From the NCBI GenBank assembly GCA_963676395.1, contig OY781066.1, positions 1,824,001 to 1,888,000 on the forward strand: a stretch of DNA of 64,000 nt. Reading direction: 5' to 3'. The notes below the pieces were generated by a model. It had not been told where the DNA came from. It saw only the letters and a list, made by a program, of their open reading frames with translations, and ran no database searches. The stretch is from a bacterium (GTDB lineage: Bacteria > Fidelibacterota > Fidelibacteria > Fidelibacterales > Fidelibacteraceae). This document shows, piece after piece, positions 18,416-28,605 of this stretch (position 1 is its first letter; every line of letters begins with the position of its first letter). A program made the position numbers and the translations under genes.

Positions 18416-20983
18416 TTAGCGCTTATTAGCCCCCAAATATTTATTGATCAGTCCGAACAAATTATCTTTTTCAATTGGTTTAGAGATAAAATCATTACAA
18501 CCGGCGTTGAGACATTTTTCCCGGTCACCCATTTGAGCAAATGCGGTTTGTGCGATGATCAGGATATCTTTGTTAAATTCACGTATTTTTTGTGTGGCGG
18601 TAAGACCATTCATTTTGGGTAGTTTGATATCCATTAGAACCAGATCAAGATCGGGATTGTTTTTACATGTTTCAACGGCTTCGAGACCATTATTTGCAAT
18701 AAAAATTTCCTTAGCAAAATCTTCGAGAAGTATATTTAAATAGGTTGCTGCAAATTCTTCGTCTTCTACGATAAGAATTTTGAGTGGCTTATTGGTGGTA
18801 AAATCTTCATGCTTTTTATTGTCGGTGTGTACGATTGTTTCAACTGCGGGATTGTAAGGTAGTGTAAAATAGAAAATCGACCCGGATTTTTCAATGCTTT
18901 CCACCCAAATATTACCTCCAAGCATTTCTACATATGCTTTTGTAATGGATAAACCCAATCCGGAACCTTCGTACACATTTTTATCTTCTATGTCTGCTTG
19001 TTCAAAACGATTGAATATAGCGTTTTGTCGTTTTACCGGAATACCAATCCCGGAATCTTTGACATAGAATTTTAGTTGATCGTTAGCTTCTTTGGTGCAG
19101 CCAAATTCTATGCTTCCTTCGTGAGTATATTTTAGTGCATTTTTTATAAGGTTTGTCAGGATTGAATTTAATTTATCTTTATCTGTTTTGATGTTTATTT
19201 TATGATCTGTTGATTGTTTGCTTATTGATAACCTAAGATTATTTTCCTGGGCTTCAGGTTGGAAGAAATCTAATAATTCTTGCGTTAATAGACCTAAATC
19301 AACATCTGATAATGAAATTTTTTCCTGGCCGGATTCAATTTTTGATATATCTATAATATTCTGGAGTGTATCTAGCATTCGCTGTCCACTTTGTTCAATG
19401 ATATTAATATATCGTTTTTCTTCTTCTCCGGTTAAATTGGGTTTCTTTAATAGACCGGTAAAGCCCAGTATGCCATTCATAGGCGTTCTGATTTCGTGAC
19501 TCATGTTAGCCAGAAAAGCAGATTTTAAATGATCACTTTCTTCTGCTTTTTCTTTGGCGGATATCAGTTCTTTTTCTGCGATTATTTTTTCGCTTATATC
19601 GATCCATTGACAAACAATATTTGTTATTTCATTTTTTTCATTTAAAAGAGGGAATAATGTTACATTAATCCATAGATCATGAGCCCTAGACAGATCAATG
19701 TGTTTTATTTTGTTTGCTTCCCAAAGTAGTGTAAAGTCAACTGTTTTTTGTTCGTTAAATACTGACTTGATCTTTAGTGATAATTCATCATTTTGTAAGT
19801 TTTCATCTTTTAGTACACTGTATTTTCCTACTAAATCTTCATCAGTTAGATTCAGTATCGCTTTTAGTGCTTTGTTTGCATCTTGGAGTATACCATTTTT
19901 ATCGGCTATCCACATTGGGAAAGGGTTGTTCTCTACAAGGGCTCTGAATTTTTGTTCACTTTTCTTTAGCAGCCTTTCTGCTTTTTTTCTTTGGGCTTCA
20001 CCTTTCATGATGTTGCTTACTTTTGCTAAAGAAAAAACATAAATGATCACTGCTATAAATAATATGAAAAGGAATACAGTTGATCGTAATCTGAACTTAG
20101 AGAGAGAACTGTATATTTCGGCCTCATCGAAAGAAATTAAAATAGTCCAGTATGTAGATCCCAGTGGGATGCGTTGATAAACGACAAATTTTTTCTCTGC
20201 TTTTTTAGTATTTAATCCACTAAAATCTTGATGTGTGCTAAATCCTGTTCCGTTTTCACTTCCCTTGATTTTGTCGATTAATTCAAGCGTATTAACATCA
20301 CTCATTGTATTTTGAATGAATGATGCACCTTCGTGTCCCGGTATGCGACAATATATTTGAAACAAATTTTCAGAGATTAACCATGAATGCCCATTTTTTT
20401 CATCACCAATATTATCAAGAAATTTATTTCCAATTTTATTAAGGGGGATGAGTAAGGCAAGGCTACCATTAAATTCCTTATCTTTAAATACCGGTACATG
20501 TATAGCAATGGTATTGTAGCCTTGAACACTCATAAAAATATCACTGATCACCGGTTTGTGTGTGGCAAATATTTTGATCATATGGTCTTGCCATGAAATA
20601 TCCTGCCCTATGACTGAATCCATGTAAGGATAAGTATAAACGATCCTGCCGGAGGCGTTTACTCTTGTAATTGCATCAAGGGTGTTGGAGTGCATCTTAT
20701 AGTAATCTATCAGGCATTTTTTATATCCGGTGCTAAGGTCAATGACCGGGGCATATTTAGCTATGAATGTTAGGTCAGATTGATAGGTTGCCAAAAGCGT
20801 AGAGATACCCTGAGCAGCTGTTTTTGCCAATAACAACTGTTCCTTAACGAAATCATCTTTGGTTTTATTTTTAATGTCAGTGTATATGAGATTGAAAAAA
20901 AAGTAGAACAATACAAAAAATACAATGATAATCAGATATCTCTTGGAAGTCCATTCTATAAACTTTCTTTGTTTAGGAACCAT
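18416..20983 (-). CDS. Hybrid sensor histidine kinase (Cache-PAS-HisKA-HATPase-REC)
   Basis: Two TM segments, FLANMSHEIRTPMNGI, NLIKNALKYT, DSGIG, GSGLGL, LVLMDIKLP. Confidence 0.93.
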   Translation of the reverse strand: MVPKQRKFIEWTSKRYLIIIVFFVLFYFFFNLIYTDIKNKTKDDFVKEQLLLAKTAAQGISTLLATYQSDLTFIAKYAPVIDLSTGYKKCLIDYYKMHSNTLDAITRVNASGRIVYTYPYMDSVIGQDISWQDHMIKIFATHKPVISDIFMSVQGYNTIAIHVPVFKDKEFNGSLALLIPLNKIGNKFLDNIGDEKNGHSWLISENLFQIYCRIPGHEGASFIQNTMSDVNTLELIDKIKGSENGTGFSTHQDFSGLNTKKAEKKFVVYQRIPLGSTYWTILISFDEAEIYSSLSKFRLRSTVFLFILFIAVIIYVFSLAKVSNIMKGEAQRKKAERLLKKSEQKFRALVENNPFPMWIADKNGILQDANKALKAILNLTDEDLVGKYSVLKDENLQNDELSLKIKSVFNEQKTVDFTLLWEANKIKHIDLSRAHDLWINVTLFPLLNEKNEITNIVCQWIDISEKIIAEKELISAKEKAEESDHLKSAFLANMSHEIRTPMNGILGFTGLLKKPNLTGEEEKRYINIIEQSGQRMLDTLQNIIDISKIESGQEKISLSDVDLGLLTQELLDFFQPEAQENNLRLSISKQSTDHKINIKTDKDKLNSILTNLIKNALKYTHEGSIEFGCTKEANDQLKFYVKDSGIGIPVKRQNAIFNRFEQADIEDKNVYEGSGLGLSITKAYVEMLGGNIWVESIEKSGSIFYFTLPYNPAVETIVHTDNKKHEDFTTNKPLKILIVEDEEFAATYLNILLEDFAKEIFIANNGLEAVETCKNNPDLDLVLMDIKLPKMNGLTATQKIREFNKDILIIAQTAFAQMGDREKCLNAGCNDFISKPIEKDNLFGLINKYLGANKR

Positions 20984-21174
20984 ATATTTGCCGTTCGTTG
21001 TTTAAAATTATCCTTGCAGGTAGCTACCTTATAATGATATATATATTATTGAAAATCTTATTTAACTGCAAGAAAACAAAAAAGTAATCAAAAATGATAA
21101 GGTTGAAAATTACAATACTTTCTTTAGATGAATTTTGTCTGCGAATGAAATATCGTTCTGATATAGTGTATGAT

Positions 21175-22119
21175 TTACACGAGTGTAGCGAGGAATATTT
21201 TTCTTTCAAACTTTGTTTTACCCATCTTCCCGATGCTGCATTGATCAATCATGCTAAGTCCGCATGATTCGATCATACCAGAAATATCGCTGGTAGAAAC
21301 GATAACGAGTTTGTTTGCAACCTTAGCCGCAGAGCGAATGATATGGCTCAGAGTTTCATCATCGGCTCGACAAAAAAGATTGTAGGGGAGGTCTACAATG
21401 GCGGCATTGTATTTCCCTTGTATATCTTTGATGTCTGAGTGATATACCTTAGCTTTATAATCAAAATGTGCCAGATTAGCTCTGGCTTGATGGCAAACTT
21501 TTTTGCCGATCTCACAACCTTCAATATCATAACCGGCATAACAAGCTTCTAGAAGAACAGTACCAATCCCGCAGCAGGCATCGATAAGCTTTTTTTCTTT
21601 CTTGCCCTGTGAAGCGATATTTGCCAAAGCTTTAGCAACCTTTACATTTATCGCAGAGCTGAAAGTATAAGGTTTATTTTGATGTTTATTCCAATCGGCA
21701 TTGTTATGAATAAGCTCAGAGAAATACCATTGATCTTCATGATAACACAAAGCATAGCTAATATGTGGATGATAATAATCAGGTTCTCCCTCGATACAAA
21801 AAGCTATGTCACGACATTTGCTCAGTCGATCAGAATTTCTATGTGGGTCGCCGTGCAGACGAATGTATTCAATTTTAAAACCGTTGAGCTTAAGTTTTAA
21901 GGCTTTGATCTTTTGCAGGAGTTTGTCGTAGTGCTTATCTTGTAGCAGGATATCCAGTCGTTTACGAATAAAGGCTGAGGCATCTGGTTTGATTTTTATA
22001 TCAGAGAAGAGAAATTTATTTTCCATATTTACCGAGAATAAATATCGTGCTTCAAACAAACAGAGTTCCGTTTCGTGGTGATTATAATTAAAAATGTAAA
22101 GATAATTAGCTTTTTGCAT
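21175..22119 (-). CDS. TRM11-like SAM-dependent methyltransferase
   Basis: LIDACCGIGTVLLEA, IVDLPY. Confidence 0.8.
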   Translation of the reverse strand: MQKANYLYIFNYNHHETELCLFEARYLFSVNMENKFLFSDIKIKPDASAFIRKRLDILLQDKHYDKLLQKIKALKLKLNGFKIEYIRLHGDPHRNSDRLSKCRDIAFCIEGEPDYYHPHISYALCYHEDQWYFSELIHNNADWNKHQNKPYTFSSAINVKVAKALANIASQGKKEKKLIDACCGIGTVLLEACYAGYDIEGCEIGKKVCHQARANLAHFDYKAKVYHSDIKDIQGKYNAAIVDLPYNLFCRADDETLSHIIRSAAKVANKLVIVSTSDISGMIESCGLSMIDQCSIGKMGKTKFERKIFLATLV

Positions 22120-22201
22120 TGACTAAAATATGAAAACAATAATTTACCTCAAATGGAAAAGTTATTATTTGCATTATATAAATTATTTTGGGAAATAAAG
22201 T

Positions 22202-23104
22202 TTAGCTCATCGCTGAGTTGATCATTTCAGCTATTTTTACCGTTTTAACTCCGGTTTGAGCATTGATAGGATAATCTTTATTCTGTCTTACAGCTTCAAC
22301 AAAGGTATTTAGTTCATCCATCATGGCATCGGAAAACTCAAATTCGAGAACTTTATCATTCTTGCTGGAAGAAAGGGTACGATTCATTAGATCGGCTTTG
22401 TACTCAAAATCGCCGTCTGTACAAAGTATCTCACGTCTTCGTTTTTCTTCAGCCCGCGAGGCGAATAGAATAGCTTCTGAACCATTGGTGAATTTAATTA
22501 TAGCAGTGGCACGATCACTGTTATTTGTATAAGGATTTTCACCTGTTGCATACACGGTGTCGATAGGGTATGGGATAAAGTGTGTGATCAGATCAATATC
22601 ATGGATCATTAATTCAAGCACAATGGAAACATCAATACCATTTCCCGGAATGTATGGTCCTTGGCGGAATGCTAACAATTTTTTAGGTGTTGTTTTAAGT
22701 TGATCTTTAAGTTGGATAAGCACCGGATTGTAGCGTTCAATATGGCCAAGTCCAACTTTCACACCCTTTTGAGAGGCAAGTTCGGCCAATTCTTCGGCTT
22801 GTTCAAGTGTTTGAGCAAACGATTTTTCTATAAAAATATGTTTGCCGGCTTCAAGGCACTGTTTTGCAATAATATAGTGCTGGGATATAGGAACGACAAT
22901 ATCAAGAATATCACAGATAGCGATAAGATCATTCAAAGAATAATAGTTTAGATCCTGTTCTTTTTCAAGTTTTTGGCAGATCTCACTATTCTTGTCATTA
23001 AAGCCAATAACTTCAATATTATCCATTGCCAGCCACTTGCTGAGATGACGGGAACCAAAGCGTCCCACTCCGATGATACCGACTTTTAATGTTTCATTTA
23101 TCAT
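22202..23104 (-). CDS. Gfo/Idh/MocA-family oxidoreductase
   Basis: GIIGVGRFG, GKHIFIEK, GHIERYNP, LMIHDID. Confidence 0.9.
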   Translation of the reverse strand: MINETLKVGIIGVGRFGSRHLSKWLAMDNIEVIGFNDKNSEICQKLEKEQDLNYYSLNDLIAICDILDIVVPISQHYIIAKQCLEAGKHIFIEKSFAQTLEQAEELAELASQKGVKVGLGHIERYNPVLIQLKDQLKTTPKKLLAFRQGPYIPGNGIDVSIVLELMIHDIDLITHFIPYPIDTVYATGENPYTNNSDRATAIIKFTNGSEAILFASRAEEKRRREILCTDGDFEYKADLMNRTLSSSKNDKVLEFEFSDAMMDELNTFVEAVRQNKDYPINAQTGVKTVKIAEMINSAMS

Positions 23105-23246
23105 AAGCGTTAAAATAAGAAATTCCTATCGAAAGACAAAAGCATAAATATTATTAGAAGAATATTGTCTTGATAATCAGTATTGCATTTTTCTTGTTTT
23201 TTGGCAGTCTAAAAGATAAATTTCACGTTAAACAAAAAGGAATGAC

Positions 23247-24770
23247 ATGAAAAAAAATAATGTGATGTTGATGATCCTGGATGGCTATGGCATTCGTGAA
23301 AATCACGATAATAATGCAGCCTTTCAGGCAAAAACACCGTTTTTAGATAAGCTAAAAGCAGAAAATCCCATGACTGCTCTTAACTGTCACGGAAACGAGG
23401 TTGGTCTTCCTAAAGGTGTCATGGGGAATTCTGAAGTTGGTCACTTGAATATTGGAGCCGGTCGTGTTGTAATGCAGGATCTGGTTCGTATTGATAAAGC
23501 TCTGGAAGATGGCTCATGTGCCGACTATCCTGAGTATAAAGATTTGGTAAAGCATGCGGTAGATAATGATGTGCCTGTTCATTTAATGGGCTTGATGTCC
23601 GACGCAGGTGTTCACTCTAATGTTAATCATGTAAAAAAGATCCTTATTTCGCTAAAAGCCAATGGTGTAAAGCAAGCTTATATTCATGCCTTAATGGATG
23701 GTCGCGATACACCTCCCAACAGCGGTGCCGGATACCTTGAAGATCTGATTACTTTCATGAACAAAAATGAATTTGGTAAAATTTCAACAATTATCGGTCG
23801 TTATTATGCCATGGATCGTGATAAACGCTGGGAACGCGTAGAAAAAGCCTACAATGCCCTTGTTCGCGGTGAAGGTGTTAAAACGGATGACCCCGTTGCA
23901 ACTGTTAAAGAATTTTATGCAAAAGATGTTACGGATGAATTTATGGAAGCCATCATTGTAGAAGAAGATGCCAGATTAAAAGATGGCGATGCGATGTTGA
24001 CCTTTAATTATCGTGCCGATCGTGTACGTGAGATCTCTGTAGCATTGAATGATAAAAGCTTTAATGAATTTAAAACTGAAGATATTAATTTGCATTATGT
24101 AACGATGACTCAGTATCAGGCTGATTTCCCATATCCGGTGTTGTTTAAACCGGTACAAATGGATAAGATCTTCGGTGAAGTGGTTGCCGATGCGGGATTG
24201 ACTCAATTACGTATTGCCGAAACAGAGAAGTATGCCCATGTGACTTATTTCTTTAATGGTGGTGAAGAGCAGCAGTATCCCGGTGAAGATCGTATTCTGG
24301 TACCTTCACCTAAAGTTGCAACATATGATTTACAGCCCGAAATGAGTGCGCCCGAAGTCACTGAAAAACTACTTGAGGCCATCGAGGCGGATAAATTTAA
24401 TGCTATTGTCCTTAACTTTGCAAATGGCGATATGGTGGGACATACCGGTATGTTGGATGCCGCAATCAAAGCACTTGAATACTTGGATGGTGCTATTGAG
24501 CGCATCGTAAAAGCATTTAACGCCAAAGGTGGAACTGTATTTATTACAGCCGATCATGGAAATTGTGAAACAATGTGGGATGACAAGAACGGACAACCTC
24601 ATACACAACATACTTTAAACAAGGTTCCCTTTATTGCATGTGATCCCGATGGAAAGATCAAATCTATGCGCGATGGCGGAAAACTTGCCGATATTGCTCC
24701 GACTCTACTTGATGTTTTGGGCATTGAAAAACCAGAACAGATGACCGGTGAGAGTTTGTTGCTTAAATAG
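23247..24770 (+). CDS. gpmI: 2,3-bisphosphoglycerate-independent phosphoglycerate mutase
   Basis: LDGYG, MGNSEVGH, DGRDTPP, GRYYAMDRDKRW, AETEKYAHVT, DMVGH, TADHGN. Confidence 0.97.
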   Translation: MKKNNVMLMILDGYGIRENHDNNAAFQAKTPFLDKLKAENPMTALNCHGNEVGLPKGVMGNSEVGHLNIGAGRVVMQDLVRIDKALEDGSCADYPEYKDLVKHAVDNDVPVHLMGLMSDAGVHSNVNHVKKILISLKANGVKQAYIHALMDGRDTPPNSGAGYLEDLITFMNKNEFGKISTIIGRYYAMDRDKRWERVEKAYNALVRGEGVKTDDPVATVKEFYAKDVTDEFMEAIIVEEDARLKDGDAMLTFNYRADRVREISVALNDKSFNEFKTEDINLHYVTMTQYQADFPYPVLFKPVQMDKIFGEVVADAGLTQLRIAETEKYAHVTYFFNGGEEQQYPGEDRILVPSPKVATYDLQPEMSAPEVTEKLLEAIEADKFNAIVLNFANGDMVGHTGMLDAAIKALEYLDGAIERIVKAFNAKGGTVFITADHGNCETMWDDKNGQPHTQHTLNKVPFIACDPDGKIKSMRDGGKLADIAPTLLDVLGIEKPEQMTGESLLLK

Positions 24771-24778
24771 CCGAAAAG

Positions 24779-25407
24779 TGTCATCCCGAGCGAAGTCGAG
24801 GGAGCTAAAACTAAACTGTATGAATGCTGATAAGGAGTCTTATGTTAAGACTCCTTTTTTATTAGCACAGGTCTGTCCCCCCGAGCATGGTCGAGGGGTC
24901 TCAAACTAAATAGCAATGTGCTTGAGTATAGTGGTTATGTTGAGGAATGATTACATTCGTTGCGGCATTCAAGGTTATACTCAGGGAGTAATGTCTTTGG
25001 TTTGCGATCTCTCCACTCATTCGTTTCTCACTCGGTCGAGATGACAAGAAAAGTGTCACCCCGAGCGAAGTCGAGGGGTCTCAGGTTAAGTAGTGATGTG
25101 CTTGAGTATAGTGGTTATGTTGAGGAATGATTACATTCGTTGTGGCATTCAAGGTTATACTCAGGGAGTAATGTCTTTGGTTTGAGATCTCTCCACTCGT
25201 TCGTTCCTCACTCGGTCGAGATGACAAGAAAAGTGTCATCCCGAGCGAAGTCGAGGGAGCTCAAGTTAAATAGTGATGTGCTTGAGTATAGTGATTATGT
25301 TGAGAGAATGATTACATTCGTTGTGGCATTCAAGATTATATTCAGGGAGTAATGTCGTTAGTTTGCGATCTCTCCACTCGTTCGTTCCTCACTCGGTCGA
25401 GATGACA
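24779..25407. repeat. Tandem array of ~173-bp foldback units at 180-bp period (24874-25046, 25054-25226, 25234-25407) plus a half unit at 24779
   Basis: Near-identical units bounded by TGTCAYCCCGAGCGAAGTCGAGGG...CTCGGTCGAGATGACA. Confidence 0.92.
24832..24860 (+). terminator. gpmI intrinsic terminator
   Basis: AAGGAGTCTTA-TGT-TAAGACTCCTT followed by T run. Confidence 0.8.
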
Positions 25408-25432
25408 AAAAAGCCACGCTTATGCGTGGCTC
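25408..25432 (-). terminator. Intrinsic terminator of the homoaconitase/LD-transpeptidase operon
   Basis: A run then AGCCACGC-TTAT-GCGTGGCT. Confidence 0.75.
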
Positions 25433-25438
25433 AATGTT

Positions 25439-26104
25439 TTATCTAATTAACTTCGATTTTTTTAAATATTCTTCATCGTCACCATAAATAAACAATACCG
25501 TACCTTCTTTTATGGTTTTAATAATATCCTGAGTGATATCCGGAGGAAGCGCGGGACAGCCCCAACTGCGACCGAGTCTGCCGTTTTCTTGGATAAATTC
25601 ATCAGTAACATAATCAGCCGAATGGATCACGATGTAACGTTTTCTTGCGCGATGATTAACCCCTTTCTCTAAACCATCAAGTTTCAAAGATGTCCCATGT
25701 TTTCCTTCATATGTTTCTGCGGTTTTATAAAAGCCCAATGAACTCTGGCGAGAGCCTTCTTTGTTAGAAAAGGCCATTGCAATATCTTCGCCGGTATTGA
25801 CTCCGTGAGAGGTATATGTATAGTAGAGAAGATTTTTGTTTTTTAGGTCAATGACATAAAAACGTTGAAATGTTGAAGGAAGTCCAAAATCAATAATTGC
25901 CAATAAATTGTCTTTTTTTTGCGCGATTTTAGAGTATCCGGTCATAGCCATTTTAAAGACATTATAATCTAGGACAGCTTCTAATTCTATATCACTGTAG
26001 AGTTGATTGATCTCTTCGATTGGCATGGGGGTTTTATTATACATCATGGTTGAACATCCGGAAAAAATTGCGATTATTAATAGTAATGGTATAAGTTTTT
26101 TCAT
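25439..26104 (-). CDS. Murein L,D-transpeptidase catalytic-domain lipoprotein (YkuD_2-like)
   Basis: Lipobox FSGC, SHG, FSN..GS..SSLG, IVIHSA, GRSWGC. Confidence 0.88.
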   Translation of the reverse strand: MKKLIPLLLIIAIFSGCSTMMYNKTPMPIEEINQLYSDIELEAVLDYNVFKMAMTGYSKIAQKKDNLLAIIDFGLPSTFQRFYVIDLKNKNLLYYTYTSHGVNTGEDIAMAFSNKEGSRQSSLGFYKTAETYEGKHGTSLKLDGLEKGVNHRARKRYIVIHSADYVTDEFIQENGRLGRSWGCPALPPDITQDIIKTIKEGTVLFIYGDDEEYLKKSKLIR

Positions 26105-26113
26105 CGAGAGTTC

Positions 26114-28072
26114 CTAAGAGTTTTTAATCATTTGTAGTAAGCCGCCCTCAAGAATGAGTCGTTGTGCAGCTTTACCGAGAGGATTGAAAGTATATTGTTT
26201 ATCCGCCACTTTTATTAATGCTATCTTGAAATCCACTATGATATCCAGTCCTGTGACAATGGTTAAACCTGTTTTATATGCTTCACAAAGATCATTGATG
26301 AGTTCAGGGCATTCGATAACGATAAAACCATTGTTTATGGCATTACGTTTGTATGTTTCGGAAAATGACCCTGCGATTACCATTTGTATACCTTTATGCA
26401 AGAATGCTGTGGCTGCCTGCTCACGCGAGGAACCGGTACCAAAGTTGAAACCACCTGCCAGAATATCACCTTTTTGTGTGATATTTACGAATTCAGGATC
26501 ATAATTTTCCATGACCACTTCGGCTTGCTCGGCACCTGTCATAGCATCATTATATGTGTATTTACCAGGGTAAATTCCATCGGTATTCAAGTTGTTTTCA
26601 GGACAATAGATTAAGCGACCTTCTATTTTTTCGGGGAAACCGGCAAGAATACTGGTTTTGCTGTTTTTAATTTTCTTGGGAGCTTCTGCAATATCGCAGA
26701 CCGGCGCGTGAAGTGTTGCTTCGGCGACGATGTAACCTTCCACAGCCGACATGGCGACGGTAAGGGGAGAGCCAAGATAAGCTTCAGAATCTTTCGCACC
26801 CATACGACCTTTAAAGTTCCGATTGGTTGCAGAAATAGCCACTTCGCCGGATTCAAGCAGACCTTTACCAAGTCCGATACACATGCCGCAACCGGGAGGC
26901 AGTTCAATGGCGCCGGCTTCGAGTAATGTCGTCCAGTGACCTTCTTTTTCGAGTTTTTCCTGGATCTCTTTCGAGGCACATCCTACATAAAATTCAACGC
27001 CATCGGCAACTTTTTTGCCTTTAATATAATCGGCAGCCGTAACCATATCTTCATAGCGACCATTCACGCAAGAAACCAGATAGGCTTTGTTAATGGGAAT
27101 ACGTTTATTATTCATTTCTTCTGCAGAATACATAAGCTTTACACCGTGCGGTCCTGAGATGATAGGTGAAATGCTACTGACATCCAGAGTAAGCGTTTTA
27201 GCGTAGTAGGCATCGGCATCCGCTTCAAGAGGATTTGTTTTTAATTCTTTAATGTTATCATCATTGATACGAGGATGAATACTAAGACCTTTGTCTGATT
27301 CAACACCCATGAGCCCGCGAACTTTAATATCGGCATTGCGTTTATCGTACCAGGCCAGAGTAAGCGCATCAACCGGGAAAAGTCCGACTAAAGCACCCCA
27401 TTCGGTGGTCATATTGGCAATAGTCATGCGCTGTTCGATACTGATATGCTTTAGGGCATCACCTTCGAATTCCAAGGCATGGTTTAGGACTTCATCTTTA
27501 GCGAAGAGTCCACAAAGAGCCAGAGCAATATCTTTACCGCTAACACCTTCGGCAGGTTTGCCGTTTAAAATAATCTTTGCAATAGGTGGAATTTGCCACC
27601 ATGTTTCACCTGTAACCCAAAGTCCGGCGGCATCGGTACGAACGATAGGAGTGCCCAAACAACCCAAACCACCATACATATTGGAGTGTGAATCAGAGGC
27701 AACTGCCAGAGTATTAGGAAAGGCATATCCCTCGTCACACATTATTTGATGACCGATACCCGTTTTTGCCGGATAAAAATCAATACCGTATTTCTTGGCA
27801 AAAGCTTCAATTTTAGCATACTTGGCCAGATTTTTTTCATCGGTACTTTGGACATTATGATCCAATGCATAGACCGGTTGGCGGGGATCATTGATCGTCA
27901 TTTTTCCAATTTCATTAAATTTGGGAATGACTGCACCTGTGTTATCGTGAGTTAAAACATGTTTTGGGCGGATCATAACATAATCGCCACTATGAACTTT
28001 ATCTTCGTGTCCAATAACAAATCGCTGTACGATCTTCTCGATCCTGGTTTGTTGCATATGCTTAGTCTCCAA
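26114..28072 (-). CDS. lysF: Single-chain homoaconitate hydratase (fungal Lys4/LysF type)
   Basis: GIGHQIM..EGYAFP..L.VASDSHSNMYGGLGCLGTPIVRTDAA..W.TG.TWWQIPP; Fe-S Cys in VSCVN and GCGMCIG; fused swivel domain NTDGIYPGKYTY...NFGTGSSREQA. Confidence 0.85.
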   Translation of the reverse strand: METKHMQQTRIEKIVQRFVIGHEDKVHSGDYVMIRPKHVLTHDNTGAVIPKFNEIGKMTINDPRQPVYALDHNVQSTDEKNLAKYAKIEAFAKKYGIDFYPAKTGIGHQIMCDEGYAFPNTLAVASDSHSNMYGGLGCLGTPIVRTDAAGLWVTGETWWQIPPIAKIILNGKPAEGVSGKDIALALCGLFAKDEVLNHALEFEGDALKHISIEQRMTIANMTTEWGALVGLFPVDALTLAWYDKRNADIKVRGLMGVESDKGLSIHPRINDDNIKELKTNPLEADADAYYAKTLTLDVSSISPIISGPHGVKLMYSAEEMNNKRIPINKAYLVSCVNGRYEDMVTAADYIKGKKVADGVEFYVGCASKEIQEKLEKEGHWTTLLEAGAIELPPGCGMCIGLGKGLLESGEVAISATNRNFKGRMGAKDSEAYLGSPLTVAMSAVEGYIVAEATLHAPVCDIAEAPKKIKNSKTSILAGFPEKIEGRLIYCPENNLNTDGIYPGKYTYNDAMTGAEQAEVVMENYDPEFVNITQKGDILAGGFNFGTGSSREQAATAFLHKGIQMVIAGSFSETYKRNAINNGFIVIECPELINDLCEAYKTGLTIVTGLDIIVDFKIALIKVADKQYTFNPLGKAAQRLILEGGLLQMIKNS

Positions 28073-28277
28073 TATTAATGCTTTAATAATAGGGAAAATG
28101 AGAATAAAATTCCATAAAAAACGCTAAGAATACTTCATGCGAAGAGAAGGTGAAAATAAACAAAGGCACACTGCTTTACACGAAGTCACAAAGGGATCAA
28201 TTACAAAATTTGATTATAAGTATGTAATATTTGATTCGGATATTTTAAGCACTGAGTAAATTTGTGGGAGATAATAC

Positions 28278-28298
28278 AAAACCCCGATTCCGGGGTTC
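28278..28298 (-). terminator. Terminator downstream of tRNA-Lys
   Basis: AAAACCCCG-ATTC-CGGGGTT. Confidence 0.65.
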
Positions 28299-28302
28299 TT
28301 AG

Positions 28303-28375
28303 TGAGTGCGGAAGGATTCGAACCTTCGACCAACGGCTTAAAAGGCCGCTGCTCTACCGACTGAGCTACGCACCC
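28303..28375 (-). tRNA. tRNA-Lys(UUU), CCA not encoded
   Basis: Reverse complement GGGTGCGTAGCTCAGTCGGTAGAGCAGCGGC-CTTTTAA-GCCGTTGGTCGAAGGTTCGAATCCTTCCGCACTCA forms a full cloverleaf with anticodon TTT. Confidence 0.97.
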
Positions 28376-28488
28376 GTCTCAAAAGCCCAAAAGTATAAGT
28401 AAAATAGATTGTGAATGCAATAGAATTTTTAAAAAAGTGTAGCGTAAATCGTGAGTCCATAGTTGGAATGCAAATTGAACCGACATCC

Positions 28489-28551
28489 AAGCGACTCGGT
28501 TTCAAAAGGCTTCAACCGCCTCGGTTGAGTATACCTCGAACCGAGGCGGTT
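28489..28551. repeat. REP family 2 cluster (three 13-bp palindromes, 25-bp period)
   Basis: AAGCGACTCGGTT 28489, AACCGCCTCGGTT 28514, AACCGAGGCGGTT 28539. Confidence 0.8.
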
Positions 28552-28605
28552 CAAGTCGCTTAGATAGACCGTTGTTCATTTAAATAAAATTTCGTATCTT
28601 CCACC

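Noticed and set aside
24874..25407. CRISPR array interpretation of the tandem repeats, and ORF 25140..25352
   Set aside because: Whole 180-bp units repeat with no unique spacers and no cas genes are present; the ORF is a by-product of the repeat.
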